64,000 nucleotides of DNA from positions 94,488,001 to 94,552,000 of the forward strand of contig OX597816.1 in the NCBI GenBank assembly GCA_951406725.2, in the 5' to 3' direction. The notes beneath the pieces were generated by a model. The model searched no databases and was not told the origin of the DNA. It saw only the letters and a list, made by a program, of their open reading frames with translations. Both the position numbers and the translations under genes were made by a program. Positions 24,941-39,115 of the stretch are shown here, piece after piece. How positions within the stretch are numbered: the stretch's first letter is position 1; the number at the start of each line of letters is the position of its first letter. The DNA is from Octopus vulgaris. Lineage: Eukaryota.

Positions 24941-27540
24941 ATGTTTCTTTATTAGCCACACAGAGCTGAACACAGGGGGGACAAATTACAAAGTAGAGCT
25001 TTTCTTTTGGGGGAGAAAAAAAAAGGCGGTGAGGGTAGGTTTTCGATCAAAACGGATCGTTAAAAAAAGCATCAATAGGGATCGTGTATCACAGAAATGT
25101 CATGATGTAAAGTGTAAAGGGGGAAACAGATAAGGTTTATCCGTGGAAAGAAAAGCCTACGAAAATACCACGGTAACCTCGGTCAATAATGTCACATGTT
25201 AACACATTTATTTGCAAGAAAGTAACACTCTGCTTTAAATTTTTCCGGTTTCATAGGATTATGCTCAGGTGGCTTCGTCATTCATACGTACCATCCTTGC
25301 TACATTCATTCATCTTTTTTTTTTTTGAAACATTCGCTCGACAAAACTTGATTCTCTACTCTTACTTTCCTTTTCAAGTGATACTTGAAGAAGTTGATAA
25401 GAGATTGACCAAATAGGAAAGTGTTTGTCTCTAATCCTTTCAGATGCGTCCACCAAATACATTTTTTCGTCATAGCCACAAGTGTGATGAAAATAGCTCT
25501 TCCTTCCCGTTTGAAGGAAGGAGGCGTGACGATATTGACGATAGACTCGGCTGATAAACCGACTCGTTCCACACGTGACAGCAGTCGTTCGACATAAGCC
25601 CACAGGTCGGAAATGGTTGGACACTTTGACTACATCTCGGGCAGGTCGGCCCTGTGTTTCTCGAGTCGTGTCGTAGAGCTTATCCCGAACGGGTAGCGCT
25701 TCTCGGTAGCACTGCCAGGCCAAGGATCTCTGGAAGTTGTCCTTAGGTCCCGGCCCGAGAGTCGTCTTGAACAGGTGGGTCAGGTATTCCTCGTCGATGC
25801 CCAGGTTCGCCCCGAGATCGTCGTCGTACCTCCCATCCACTAATCCCTTATAGAATGCTTTGGTTGTGTTGAAGTCGCTCATGGTCGACCCGGGACGGTA
25901 TAGCTGCTTGAGAGTAACGCGACACTCGCGGTGCCATTCGCCCTCCCTCGGCCTCTTTTTGATCCACGACTGCAGTTCGGTCATGGAGACGAGCTGCGGG
26001 AAAGCGTACCTCACAAACGGTGACCACACCTGTTCACTGTCGTCTACGTAGAGCCGGAGATGTCGCAGTCTCAGCGCGTGTCTGCGCATCATCAATCACG
26101 GCATGCCCAGCCCTCCTTTTAACGGGTGTTAATAGCAAATGGATCGCCTGACCATCGGGACGCATTTTCCCACAAGAAGCGGAAGACAATGTGTTCTAGT
26201 TTGGTGATGGTAGGGTCAGGACAAGGTACGACGGTCAGGCAGTAGTAGATGACGGATGCGACGTACGTGTTCACCACCTCCGCCCGACCTTTTAGAAATA
26301 GTTTCCTCTCGGCCTATTGCCGGGCAAGAGTGACCACCCTACTCGTTATCTCGTTCCAGTTTTTCTCCATTTGAAGGTCTGGACCGAACCAGACCCCGAG
26401 TAACTCGACTGGACCGTCGGTCCAGCGTCCCACGACGGAGGCGCCGGTGGACGGCATGGGCTTGCTTCTCCAGGTGCAGAGCCGCAAGCCCACTGACTTT
26501 TCCCGGTTGATTTTCGCTCCTGTTACCGCTTCGTAGTCTTTCAGTGTCTCGCCGACCAGTTCGATGTCCTCGTGGCTAGACACTATGACGGTGATGTCGT
26601 CCGCGTATGCAAACACGCTAGTCCCGCATCCCAATTCTCGCGGGATGCCCCTCAGAGTCGCCAGCTTCCGCAGTAGTGACTCGAGAGTTAATACGTATAG
26701 AAGCGACGAGAGGGGGCATCCCTGACGGACCGAACGTGCAATGTCGAAAGGTCTCGATAGATGTCCATTTACGCGAATTACCGAACGGATACCTCTGTAC
26801 AAAGCAGCTATCCAGCCTCGGAAGACGGGGCCGAAACCAGCCGCTCTGAGGACAGCCTCCAAGTATCGATGGTCTACTCTATCGAAAGCTTTCGATTGAT
26901 CCAAATTGATCAGAGCCCCACCCATGCCAGGTTCCTTAACTACCCTGTCTATGATGTAGTGCATCAGATGGAGGTTGTCATGGATGCTCCGGACCGGCAC
27001 GGCTCACGTTTGTACCTTGTCGACCAGTTTCTCGATGACAAGCGCCAAGCTCTTGGCTAACACCTTGTCCAAAATTTTCAAGTCTGCTTTAAGCAGTGTG
27101 ATGGGCCTAAAGTTATCTATTACGTCCCACTTCTTTGGATCTTTCTTCAGCAGTGTTACGGCTCCTCGGCTCACAAAACCGGGGATGCTCCCGTTTTGCT
27201 GCCAGTTGCAGTACACCGCTGCCAAGACATCTCTAAACAAGTCTGGCATACAACTGTAAAGTTCGTAGGGTAGACCATCCAAGCCCGGCGATTTGTCCCT
27301 CGAGCATTCTGCCATCGCGTCTCGCACTTCCGCCGCTGTGATGGCACATTCGCAGCGCCCTGCTTCTCTTGTCGAGAGTCGTGGCAGGCTGTGTAGGTAG
27401 ACACTGAAGTCCACCCTGCGTTCTCGCCCGCCACTCGTCCCGAACAGCCGGGCAAAATGCTGTTGAAAGGCCTCACACATTTTACTTGGCTCGAGTAATT
27501 CGCGCCCCTGTTCATCTACCAGAGACCGAATGGTGGCTTT
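24941..27540 (-). mobile_element. Tx1-like (L1 group) LINE, 5'-truncated ORF2 with stops and frameshifts
   Basis: KSPGLDGLPYELY, NFRPITLL, LDQSKAFDRVDH, VRQGCPLS, YADD, C-terminal AWQCYREALPV; 3' end abuts (TATC)/(TATG) microsatellite. Confidence 0.88.
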
Positions 27541-28583
27541 AGAAACGCCGTGATACTAAACGCTTTATGGACGTGAAGCCGAAGATAATCCCATAGAAAG
27601 CAAAATGCTGATTCGAAGACTACAGATACAAGCTGTCACTGGAACGGAACAAATCTGTAAAACTTTCCAGAAGTTTATCATCTAAGTATATATATGCAGG
27701 TCTATATATGCAACTATATGCATGACAACACATACATTAAACAAAGCATACAAATCTGCTCATGTACTGATTCCAAATACTGCCTTCCAGCTTGTTTTCA
27801 TGTAAAAGGTAGTCTATAATTCTTTGGAATTATAGTACTATTGTAAGACTGAAACTAAAGCTCTCCAGCTGAAATACTTGGCCAGTAGTAATTATTGTCG
27901 GGACGCAACACAGCATAATAATTTGCACAGCGTCCCTTGATAGTATTAAATACTTGTAAGAATATATTTTCTTACTTCTGTCATCTAATTTGGGCAGCTA
28001 GTTATCATATAGATGAATTTATTAAGAAATCAACTAACTCCCATTTGCTGTTATCGTTTATTTGTAATTTGTGTTCGTCAGAGTTTGTCACTTGGCTCGA
28101 TGTACATCAAAACAAGTTGCAAAACTAAAGCTATCTGAGAATAAATAAAGCTGTTATGTTTCCAACACTCTTAGTGATAACAAAACCAGATACCAAATCA
28201 AAAAGATGATAATAATCTTTCTAAAACGCACGGTTAGCAACATTTGAAGTAAACAAATATAAATTACTTGAAAATGTACGAGCGTAAGAATTGAAAATTT
28301 CAAAATATGTTAGAAATTATGCAATCAATATTTATGTTGTGATACTTCTTATAAAATGTTTATTTGAAAGCATTTTCTGGTTACGTATTAGTTTCTGTAC
28401 GTTTGAATTTGAAATGTTCAGTACATATGATTTGAGGAGAGCACGTGTATATCAGCTGGGTTTTATTGAAGGTCGTATGCTGCTTGCATAATCTGTTGTG
28501 GAGTCTGCATATGAGAGAGAGGTGGGAGCGAGGAAGAGAGAGAGACAAACAGACTGACAAACAGACAATATATATATACAAAA

Positions 28584-28782
28584 TGTGACCGCGTGTGTAC
28601 CGTTGGCGATTTTTTCCCTCTGTCTTCCCTTCTCTGGATCTTTCCTTCTCCTATGTTTCCGACGAAGAGCTCCGCTCGAAACGTTAAACCCTCCTTCTTT
28701 CCTGAGCGTCCAATAATATTATATTTGTTCCACGTCCTCGCGCTGTTGTGTTTCTTTGTGCTTTCTTGTTTGGATTAACTTT
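28584..28782 (+). mobile_element. Second copy of the 13310-13529 repeat; hammerhead-like motif 28655-28689
   Basis: Near-identical to 13310-13529, flanked by TA tracts. Confidence 0.6.
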
Positions 28783-28793
28783 ATATATATATA

Positions 28794-30372
<1,579 letters not shown>

Positions 30373-30479
30373 AGATAAATTCCTCTATTTACATAATATC
30401 GAGGTTTCATTCATTCTTTTGTTGTCTTACTATTACTATTAATAGTTGTGCAAAAACTGAGGTGTTTGCGATAGTTGAA

Positions 30480-33400
30480 GCTGAAGTTGTTGAGTCCGTT
30501 TGAGGAACGGTGGGAACTGAAAGTAAGTCCTCTTCGACGAATGCTTTTTTTAAGCGATCATCAGATACAATATTTCGTTTTCTTCCGATATCGAGAACGA
30601 AATACTTTGGTTCTTCTTGGATTATGTTGTAGGGCCTGGAATATGGTGGCCGAAGTTGAGAAGGTATTCCATCATTTCTAACGAAAACATGCGTCCAAAT
30701 ATTGATGTCCTTTGGGATATGTGAAACGACGTTCTGTTATCTGGGGCCTGCAGGGGACAAATGGGACATAGACGTCCGTAAGCGGTGAACATATTTTGCT
30801 GGGTCCGGAAAGTCTTGTGGTGAAACAAGGTCGATCATCTGACCAGGTAAGGCGAGTGCCGTGCCATAGACCAGTTCAGCCGGAGTATGTCCAACTTCCT
30901 TCTTAACCGTGGATCGAATACCAAGAAGGATGAGAGGGAGATATTCCAACCAGTTGGAGCAGTCTGAATATGCTTTTATAGCCCCCTCCCTCCTTCGAAA
31001 TTTACCAAGCCAAGAAATTCCTGCAATTTGCGGAGAGATGAGGGTGGTGGAAAGTCTACGATGGCTTTGACTTTCTCGGGAAGCGGGTGAATGTCATCCT
31101 TATCGACGATAAGCATGTGTCGAAAATTCTTGACAGCGAGATACACTGCCGGTAATTCTCGACCGAAGGTACAGTATTTAGTCTCGGCGGATTTTAAGCA
31201 CTTGGTGAAGAAGGATACAGGTTGCCAAATACCGTCAGTGAGTTAATGGAGCACACCTCCAACTCCGGAACCGGATGCATCAACTAGTAGATGGAAGCAC
31301 TCCGTCGGTTACGACGATGAGGGTTCCGGTTGATCCGAATCAACGGAACAGCCTGCTCGTGAAATTAACGTGTAAGTGGCTGAGCACTCCACAGACACGT
31401 GTACCCTTAACGTAGTTCTCGGGGATATTCAGCGTGACACAGAGAGTGACAAGGCCGGCCCTTTGAAATACAGGTACAACAGAAACAGGAAGTAAGAGTG
31501 AGAGAAAGTTGTGGTGAAAGAGTACAGCAGGGATCACCACCATCCCTGCCGGAGCCTCGTGGAGCTTTAGGTGTTTTCGCTCAATAAACACTCACAACGC
31601 CCGGTCTGGGAATCGAAACCGCGATCCTATGACCGCGAGTCCGCTGCCCTAACCACTGGGCCATTGCGCCTCCACGCATCAACTAGTACAAACAGTGGGG
31701 CGTCTGGTTTGGGATACACCAGCATGGTAGCATTGAGATAGTTAGATAACGCTTTTTTCAAAGCAGCGAATGAGACAAGTTGTTCTTCACTCAGGGCAAT
31801 GTTTTTACATGTTCGCTGTCGCAGCAAATCTATGAGCGATTATGCTGTCTCTGCACAGTGGGGTAAAAATCTCCGGTAGAAATTTACCAAGCCAAGAAAT
31901 TCCTGCAATTTGCAGAGAGATGAGGGTGGTGGAAAGTCTACGATGGCTTTGACTTTCTCGGGAAGCGGGTGAATGTCATCCTTATCGACGATATGCCCGA
32001 GAAAATGAAGGGACGCAACTCTGAACGAACATTTGCTGGGGTTGATACTACTGTATTCGCGCAGACATTGGAATAGCAGGCGCAGGTGTTGATCGTACTC
32101 TTTGTCTGAGCTACTAGCTACGATTACGTCGTCTATGTATGCATAGACGAAAGGTAATCCTCTGGTAACTGTGTCTATAAAACGTTGGAACGTCTGTGCC
32201 GCGTTACGTAAACCGAAAGGCATACACAGGACTTCAAACATTCCGATAGGCGTCGTGACTGCTGTCTTCGGAATATCCGCAGGTTCCACAGGATTTGATT
32301 CTAAGCTCGCACAAGTTCGATCTTTGAAAAGATGCAGAGAGCTACAAAAGTCCTGTAGAAGTGGGCAAGATATGCTTCAGGTACAGTGCAGTTATTTAGC
32401 GATCGATAATCACCGCAAACTCGCCAATGATGACTCCTTAGGAATGCAATGTATTGGCGAGGACCAGTTGCTGCTAGACGGGCGGATGATTCTACGGTCG
32501 AGCATGTGCTGGAATTCTTGCTTGACGGCCTTGAGACGATCTGGTGGTAACCTTCGAGGTCGTGCAGTAACAGGTGGACCGCGGATCTTGATGTGGTGGG
32601 TGACTTCATGTTTGCTAGGTTGTCTATGGATATTGGTCGAACGACGTGCAGGTATTCTTTAAGGGTAGTACTGTGACGGGTTGTCGTTGTTTGCAAAATG
32701 GTTGGACTGACTGTGACCATATGAACGGTTATACCGCGCACAGTAAACTGAGTGGTGCTGTCGACAAGTCTTATGTACTTAATAATCACCAGGAGACCGA
32801 AATGATAAAAGAAATCGGCTCCTAAGATAGGGATCGGCAGTTTAGCGATGACGAATACCCACTGGAAGGTGCGGCGTAGTCCTAAGTTCAGTGTAAGGGA
32901 CTGTTCACCGTAGGTTGGAATCGATGAGTGGTTGACTGCCTGAAGACAGACTGGTATCTCTTTTCTTTTGCCTGAAGTGCAAGAAACAGGGATTATGCTG
33001 ACTTCAACGCCGGTATCAACAAGGAAACGCGTGCTTGTTACAGGATCGCAAACGAAAAACAGGCGACTTTGTGGGTGAGAGCCAGAACTTCCGTCGCGTT
33101 CAATTCCTGGCTGTGTCGTTTCCCGAACGGGATGCTGAAAACGACCATTGGATCGTGCATTTCTACACCCGTGTTCCGAACCGTCTACCAAATCGACGCG
33201 TGGTGCCAAGCGATAGGGCTTGTATCTGCTCTGTCAGGACCAGTACTTGTGATGCCCGCTGCGCCACCAATGAAGCACTGATCGCAGAAAGGAAAGGATT
33301 TGCAGGCTGGCGTCACCGTTGATACCGTTGAATATCTATGTGGTACCTCGGTGATTTTGTCAGCTAGTTCTGCCAGTTCCTCAATGGAAGTGGATTCTCG

Positions 33401-33880
33401 TGTGGAAGCGAGAACTACCTGCGTGTAGGAGGACAGACGCTGGAGAAAAAGTTGCTTAAAAATCTTTTCGGGGAGGATCTCATCTCTCAGAAGTTGCTTC
33501 ATTCTTCGTAGAAGCTGGGAAGGCGTTCTATCTCTCAGTTCTTCCGATGTAAGGAGCTAGTGAGTCGCTTTTGTTGGGACTCTGAAGCCCTGTTGATCAG
33601 GATGGTTTTAAAAGTGTCGTATGACACAGAATCGGGTGGTCCCATAATGAGATCACGGACCACGTTCAAGATCTCTGGTGATAGGGAACCGATTACGTGC
33701 GTAAGGAGAGACGCATCGCTAACTATTCGGTTGGAAGAAAACTGGGCCTCGATATGGTGAAACCATAATGCAAGATCGTGTGTCCAAAATGGTGGAATCC
33801 TCAGCGTAATCGCAGCCTGGAACTGATTATTCTCTTCAGAGCCAGAAAAATGTTTAAGTCTCCAGCGTTGTTAACATTCT
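30480..33880 (-). mobile_element. Decayed, rearranged Ty3/gypsy gag-pol
   Basis: gag LRIPPFWTHDLALWFHHIEAQF, QLFLQRL; protease FLVDTGVEVSII; RT KTAVTTP..MPFGLRNAAQTFQR..YIDD; RNase H; integrase end LPLILLGIRS..TPAELVYG; 30997-31110 duplicates 31879-31992. Confidence 0.9.
31290..31675 (-). mobile_element. tRNA-derived SINE (second family) nested in the gypsy RNase H region
   Basis: Head GGCGCAATGGCCCAGTGGTTAGGGC..GGTTTCGATTCC on minus; 13-bp TSD GCATCAACTAGTA at 31277 and 31676; decayed relatives at ~740, ~1280 and 47655. Confidence 0.88.
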
Positions 33881-33959
33881 GCATAACACAAGTCAGGTTC
33901 ACAATGCACCATGGGGTATTACTTACACATCTGAAACGGTGCTGCTACAGCACACACTC

Positions 33960-34280
33960 TAGATCCTGGACCGCATCTAGAGAAGGGCCACTTGAGTGAT
34001 TGGCTTTAAATCACTCATAAGCACATTCCAGCTTCTGACTCCTAGGTGTGCTGCCTCCTCTCTTTATGTCTTGCCTATTTTAACATTATTGTAATAGGCT
34101 TTATTCCTTAGAGCTGGCTAGTATTATTCCTCCCCAACTCAGGCACTTCTAAATCACTTGTCTCCCCACCTCTCACTACCCTTCTTGCATCACTCCCGCT
34201 GAGGCCCAGCTCTGACTACTATGTCCAAACTTTTCTCCCCAGAACACCAGATCTCTGGAATCTCCTCCCAGCCTTTACAT
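33960..34280 (+). mobile_element. Decayed LINE (CR1/Jockey-like) 3' fragment
   Basis: Broken ..FSPRT..LWNLLP-like C-terminal motif near 34230-34270. Confidence 0.4.
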
Positions 34281-35255
34281 GGTGTAGGTTGTTATTGTTG
34301 AACCACCTAATATGATTCACTCAGAAAGCTGTGATCTCATTTGGTAGTAGACCCGGATGAAGAACATATCAACTAGGTTGTAACCTTAAACACGTTTATT
34401 GTGGCCACACGTATATACACAACTAATGATAAACAAAATGGTTGGCGTACTGAGACCATGGTCTTCTGTGCCTTGCTCCTGTCTGACCTGTTGTATAAGA
34501 GAAACCCCAATTTAGTTACGTCCTCACTGCTCGCGTGTCAGTGCAGAAAAAAAAAAGAGAAAAGAGTGTTTGAACCTTTATGTTGTGTAACGCCCTCTAT
34601 ATCTTTGCTTGACTCACTGTCAAGTGGGGCAACTGCGCCTACAGAATCCCATGTCTTTCCTGCCAGTGCCGACTTGCAACGGTTCGAATAGAACATTAAC
34701 AGTTTCAGTCTCACCGGTCTTGGAGAGCCTGCGGTTATTATCGACACTATTCTTGCCTTCAGACCAAGCAAGTAAAGTAAAATAAAATATGAAAATATAA
34801 ATTTTTCAAGAATTGGTTAAGGTGTTGAAGGAAATATCAAGAGGAAAAAGTAATACTGAGGGCGTTGGTTCGTTTGCAGTGGATCTTATTACCGGGGAGG
34901 GCACGCAGAATGAGACGCAATACCAAATAATAAAATTGCAACGGACTGTCGCCTACGTCAGTCCAAGTGACATTGCCCTCCTCTGCCGTTCAAACGTTGA
35001 GATCAAACATTGTTATTGTCGATCCCCTTGCTCCGCTGTCGAGGTCTTGAAGAGAGTTGGTCGTGTTCAGTCTGCGTTGTCTTTTTCGACCTTAACGCCA
35101 TGAGCGTCCCTATAAGGAGTACAAAACTTCCGACGACGACAGTATCAACATCATTGAACCACGTAAGCCCTCCACCACCACAAAAAAGCGAAAGTATTAA
35201 AATATTAATTACTCAAAATACCGACACAGTCCCCCACTCACTTGAACAGGCGATC

Positions 35256-35423
35256 CTTCGGTATAGGTACCGTAAGTACCGGAAGTGGCTTTGTTTACAT
35301 TGCTGAAGATAACAGAAACCCTTTTCTCCCCCCGCCTAACCCTAACCTACCCCCCCCCCCCCATATATATAAAAAAAACACTTTCTTGAAATGTATCCGG
35401 TACTTCCGGTACCTATACCGAAG
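35256..35423. repeat. 28-bp inverted repeat pair enclosing CCTAACCCTAACC; small MITE or Helentron-like element
   Basis: CTTCGGTATAGGTACCGTAAGTACCGGA / TCCGGTACTTCCGGTACCTATACCGAAG. Confidence 0.6.
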
Positions 35424-35613
35424 TTACGCCCTTGAACATTATAACAAAGAATAATGACATTTCCATCCAAAAAAGTTCAAGGCAACCTAGAGCATTCACA
35501 TTACTGTGCTGAGAGACAATGAAAAATATCATATGATATTTCGGGAAGATAAGATTTCCACAATGACAAAAATTACTTGTCAACGACCCAGCTTTTCTCA
35601 AGAAAACTAAAGG

Positions 35614-35705
35614 CACTAGCGTAGCTAGAGTGTGTGTCGCCGGGGCAGCCCTGCCGTTTGTTGACAGCAGACCAAAAGTACCGCCCCCTACTAGCTACGC
35701 TAGTG
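35614..35705. mobile_element. 92-bp hAT-type MITE
   Basis: Perfect 15-bp TIR CACTAGCGTAGCTAG / CTAGCTACGCTAGTG; 8-bp TSD ACTAAAGG / ACTAAAAG. Confidence 0.8.
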
Positions 35706-36404
35706 ACTAAAAGTGCATGTGAAGCCGGAGCGTATATTACGGGTGTGCTAAGTGTACTCTGCACACCCATCAAAAATGGCAAATTCATTTTAACTATTAA
35801 CCTATTAACCTTAATCATAAATCTAAATAGAAAACTTTTGTTATACTCCCTTCTTGAAATTTGGTGGCAACACACCCAATATATAACAACCACAATAAAC
35901 CATATGTGAAGTGACGGAGGATTGAAACTGGGACACATAATCAACTCACTAACAATTAATTGCTATACTATATTTTATGCCTTAAATGTATAAATAACAT
36001 CCTATCTATCTGCTTGAGTCGTTTGTATCTACTTACAGCTGACACTAATCTGTAAAAGAGCTGATAAGTTTTATCAACTGTCAGATACTATACTTATTTT
36101 TAACATGGAGAGCATCACGTATGGAATAGTTTTTATTTTTATACTTAGATAATTTATAAATGATATTTTTACTTATTAAGATTAAAAAAATCAATATTTC
36201 TGTATTTCACATAAATGTTTATTTACAATTATCATGTAATCAGTAAAAATACTGGTAACAATTGCTTTATATAGGCATGTGGTGCATCATGCAGGATACT
36301 ATATATTCAGTTCCTTTTTTTTTTTTTTTGTCACATGGTCATAGTTTCTGTGTTCAGCGCAAGTTCTGTTTGTCGCAACTCGGATTCTTTCACAGTTGTT
36401 GACA

Positions 36405-37571
36405 ATGTATGTGAAAATAATAACCATTCTAATCTTTGAGACTGTTGTCTCAGGCTTCGTTTTAAAGCCGTTTGATGGCAAATGTGTTACGGATGCTTAT
36501 CCACCAAAATCTTCCACTACTGTCCCGAACTTGACTATCAACTTAGATCTACCTGCTCACGACCGATGGAAAGAAGTAGCTATAAAGTATAAAGATTCTA
36601 TGAAAAGTCTCATCGGAGATCTCAAGAAACTGGTGGGAAGCGTACCCGTTGTGGGAGACTTAATCATCAAAATTATTGATAATGAATTTGAGAAAATTAT
36701 CCCCACACTTCCCGCTCCTTACGCTGATGAACTGTTGGGTATGGCCGATTACTCTGGTATCAACCGCGGCGAGATACTCTTATATAACATCTTCTACGAA
36801 GTATTTACGGTGTGCACATCGATCATTGCTGAAGACAAGAATGGTGAGTTGTTTCATGCTCGAAATCTTGACTTCGGTTTATTTATGGGATGGGACCTTA
36901 AAAAAAATGACTGGGCCATTACAGAGGCCCTTCGGCCCATGATTATGAACTTGGATTTTCAGAAAAACAACAAAACTGTTTTTAAATCTGCAAGCTTTGC
37001 TGGTTACATCGGAGTCCTGAGCGGTGTAAAACCAGGTGTCATTTCACTCACTTTAAACGAAAGATTCCAACTTAAAGGTGGCTTTATTGGAATAATACAG
37101 TGGCTGTTGGGTCAAAGAACAGCTAAATGGTCAAGTTTTTTAACGAGGGACACCCTTACATCTGCAACTTCCTATCAAATGGCTAAAACTGAGCTGTCCA
37201 AGACGGAACTACTAGCACCCGTATATTTCATCTTAGGTGGAACAAAGTCTAAAGAAGGATGTGTTATCACAAGATCCCTAAATAAGACTGATAATATATG
37301 GGAAATGTCTGCAGCGGGTGGCTGGTACATACTGGAGACAAATTACGATCACTGGTTGCCTCCACTGTTTATCGATGATCGCCGAACCCCAGCTACGTTG
37401 TGTATGAATGAACTCACTCAAAATAACCTTACAATGGCTGGACTTTACAACGTACTCAGTACAAAACCAGTACTCAACAAACTTACAACATACACTGCAT
37501 TAATGCAGGCAAAAAGTGGATCTTTAGAAACACACATCCAAAAGTGTCCTGATCCTTGCTGGCCTTGGTAA
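36405..37571 (+). CDS. ASAH1: Acid ceramidase (N-acylsphingosine amidohydrolase), single-exon CDS, 388 aa
   Basis: Signal peptide MYVKIITILIFETVVSG; INLDLP..RW; NIFYEVFTV-CTSIIAED (Ntn nucleophile Cys); HARNLDFGLFMGW; LETNYDHW..DDRRTPA; VLSTKPVLNKLTTYT; CPDPCWPW end; no stops or frameshifts. Confidence 0.95.
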   Translation: MYVKIITILIFETVVSGFVLKPFDGKCVTDAYPPKSSTTVPNLTINLDLPAHDRWKEVAIKYKDSMKSLIGDLKKLVGSVPVVGDLIIKIIDNEFEKIIPTLPAPYADELLGMADYSGINRGEILLYNIFYEVFTVCTSIIAEDKNGELFHARNLDFGLFMGWDLKKNDWAITEALRPMIMNLDFQKNNKTVFKSASFAGYIGVLSGVKPGVISLTLNERFQLKGGFIGIIQWLLGQRTAKWSSFLTRDTLTSATSYQMAKTELSKTELLAPVYFILGGTKSKEGCVITRSLNKTDNIWEMSAAGGWYILETNYDHWLPPLFIDDRRTPATLCMNELTQNNLTMAGLYNVLSTKPVLNKLTTYTALMQAKSGSLETHIQKCPDPCWPW

Positions 37572-37774
37572 CAAAATATTTTAAGTAATATTTTTTATAA
37601 AAATGAAATTCTAGTTTTACTGCTTTCTTTTTGTGATGATACTACTTTATTTTCCATAAACTCTAAACTGTCGCAGCTGAGTGTCTTAACGTTTTAATTT
37701 TCTTTTCTAATTTGTCTTGTTTTGTTTGGAAATTTTTTTTTTGTAAAAACTTTCAAATACCAAGTTATTTTTGT

Positions 37775-37780
37775 AATAAA
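37775..37780 (+). terminator. Candidate polyadenylation signal of ASAH1
   Basis: AATAAA ~200 nt after the stop codon, in a U-rich 3' region. Confidence 0.5.
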
Positions 37781-38795
37781 TATTTTCTATATCATTAAAT
37801 CTAGACGTCATTTTATTGCATCCTACTTAACACAAACCACAACTGACCTCACCACCTGACTGAAAGAGTTTGGGCGTGGTGTGTTTGTTTATTTGTTTTG
37901 TTTCTTTTCTGACGATAGTGGAGTTTCGAAAATATCTTGTGAAATTATGCAGCTATGTGAATAAACCATTTTTAATTAATACGACAGCGAAAAGTAAAGT
38001 TACGCACTGGGGTCGATGTATTCGACTTAATCCCTTTGTCTATCCTGCACTACTATAACGAAGGATGCTACTATAACTCGTTCACTATTTGGCATCAAAC
38101 GTTTTCGAGAACCTTTATCATGATACTGTATTTTTACCGATATTTCTACTGTATGAAGACGAAAAAATAATAATGATACTTAATTTCACCAAACACCTTA
38201 AGTTTCATCACGCTTCGTAACCATGGGAGACCAGTATTTATTTACTTACGGTCCAGTTTGATGGAAATAGCTATCATGAGTTTGTTGTCTTTTAGAGCCA
38301 GGTCATCCCCGATAATCAAAGGAGCTCCGATCATGACTACTCTGTCTTTCTGTATATAGAACTGCATTATTAGTGTGTCCTTCCATTTTTAAATTGGTAG
38401 GATGTTGAGGGAATTTTGGTTGCTATTTCTACCCGTTCGAACGACCGCGTAGATGTCTTCTTGTCTCGTAATTGTTAAGGCTGTTATCAACAAATGTTTA
38501 GATAACTAACTACTATTTTGCTTAGCTGTACACAATTTTCATAGCCTTTTTGCTCAATGTTTCTCTTTTCGATTGAAACCAGTTGTATTTTACTACTTGA
38601 TCCTACTTTTATTTGAAAGCTTTCAACTACTGATCACATCACTTAAAATTAACATTTTCGTTTAAAAAAAAAAACAACAAAATTATTCAAACAGGTTAAT
38701 TTTCAAGGTTTTATCTAAATTCTCACATACTATTCCATCCAACGTTCTTTTTTTTTTTTTTTTTTTAGATATTTAAGTGGGCTAATGACACCTCA

Positions 38796-39115
38796 AGAGG
38801 AGGTGCTAAAAAGTTCCTGGCTTTGGGTAAAAGAAAATACGGGAGGAACAGCTAGTTATGATTTTTATTCAAGATTTCAGTTTGTATCGGCAAAGTTTTT
38901 AATTATTAGTATCAGGTGTGGCTTAGGTCACGAGCAGGTAGAATCATTAGCACGGCGGACAAAATGCTTATCGGCATTTCGTTCGTCTTTTGTTCTCAGA
39001 TTCACAGTGGTCCTTCAGTTCTTCTAAGCCCCATAAAAGAACTCAGAAGGTTAGGCCTCCAACTAGGCTTTTAGCGATACTTTTAAAGCCATGAACTTTT
39101 CAGCACCCAGTCATA
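38796..39115. mobile_element. Mariner-type MITE with an internal SINE fragment
   Basis: GGTGCTAAAAAGTTCCTGGCTTT / AAAGCCATGAACTTTTCAGCACC inverted ends. Confidence 0.6.

Noticed and set aside
31600-31675. Apparent tRNA gene
   Set aside because: It is the head of a TSD-flanked SINE, with no matching acceptor stem end
35335-35350. CCTAACCCTAACC as telomeric repeat
   Set aside because: Only about two units, inside a small inverted-repeat element
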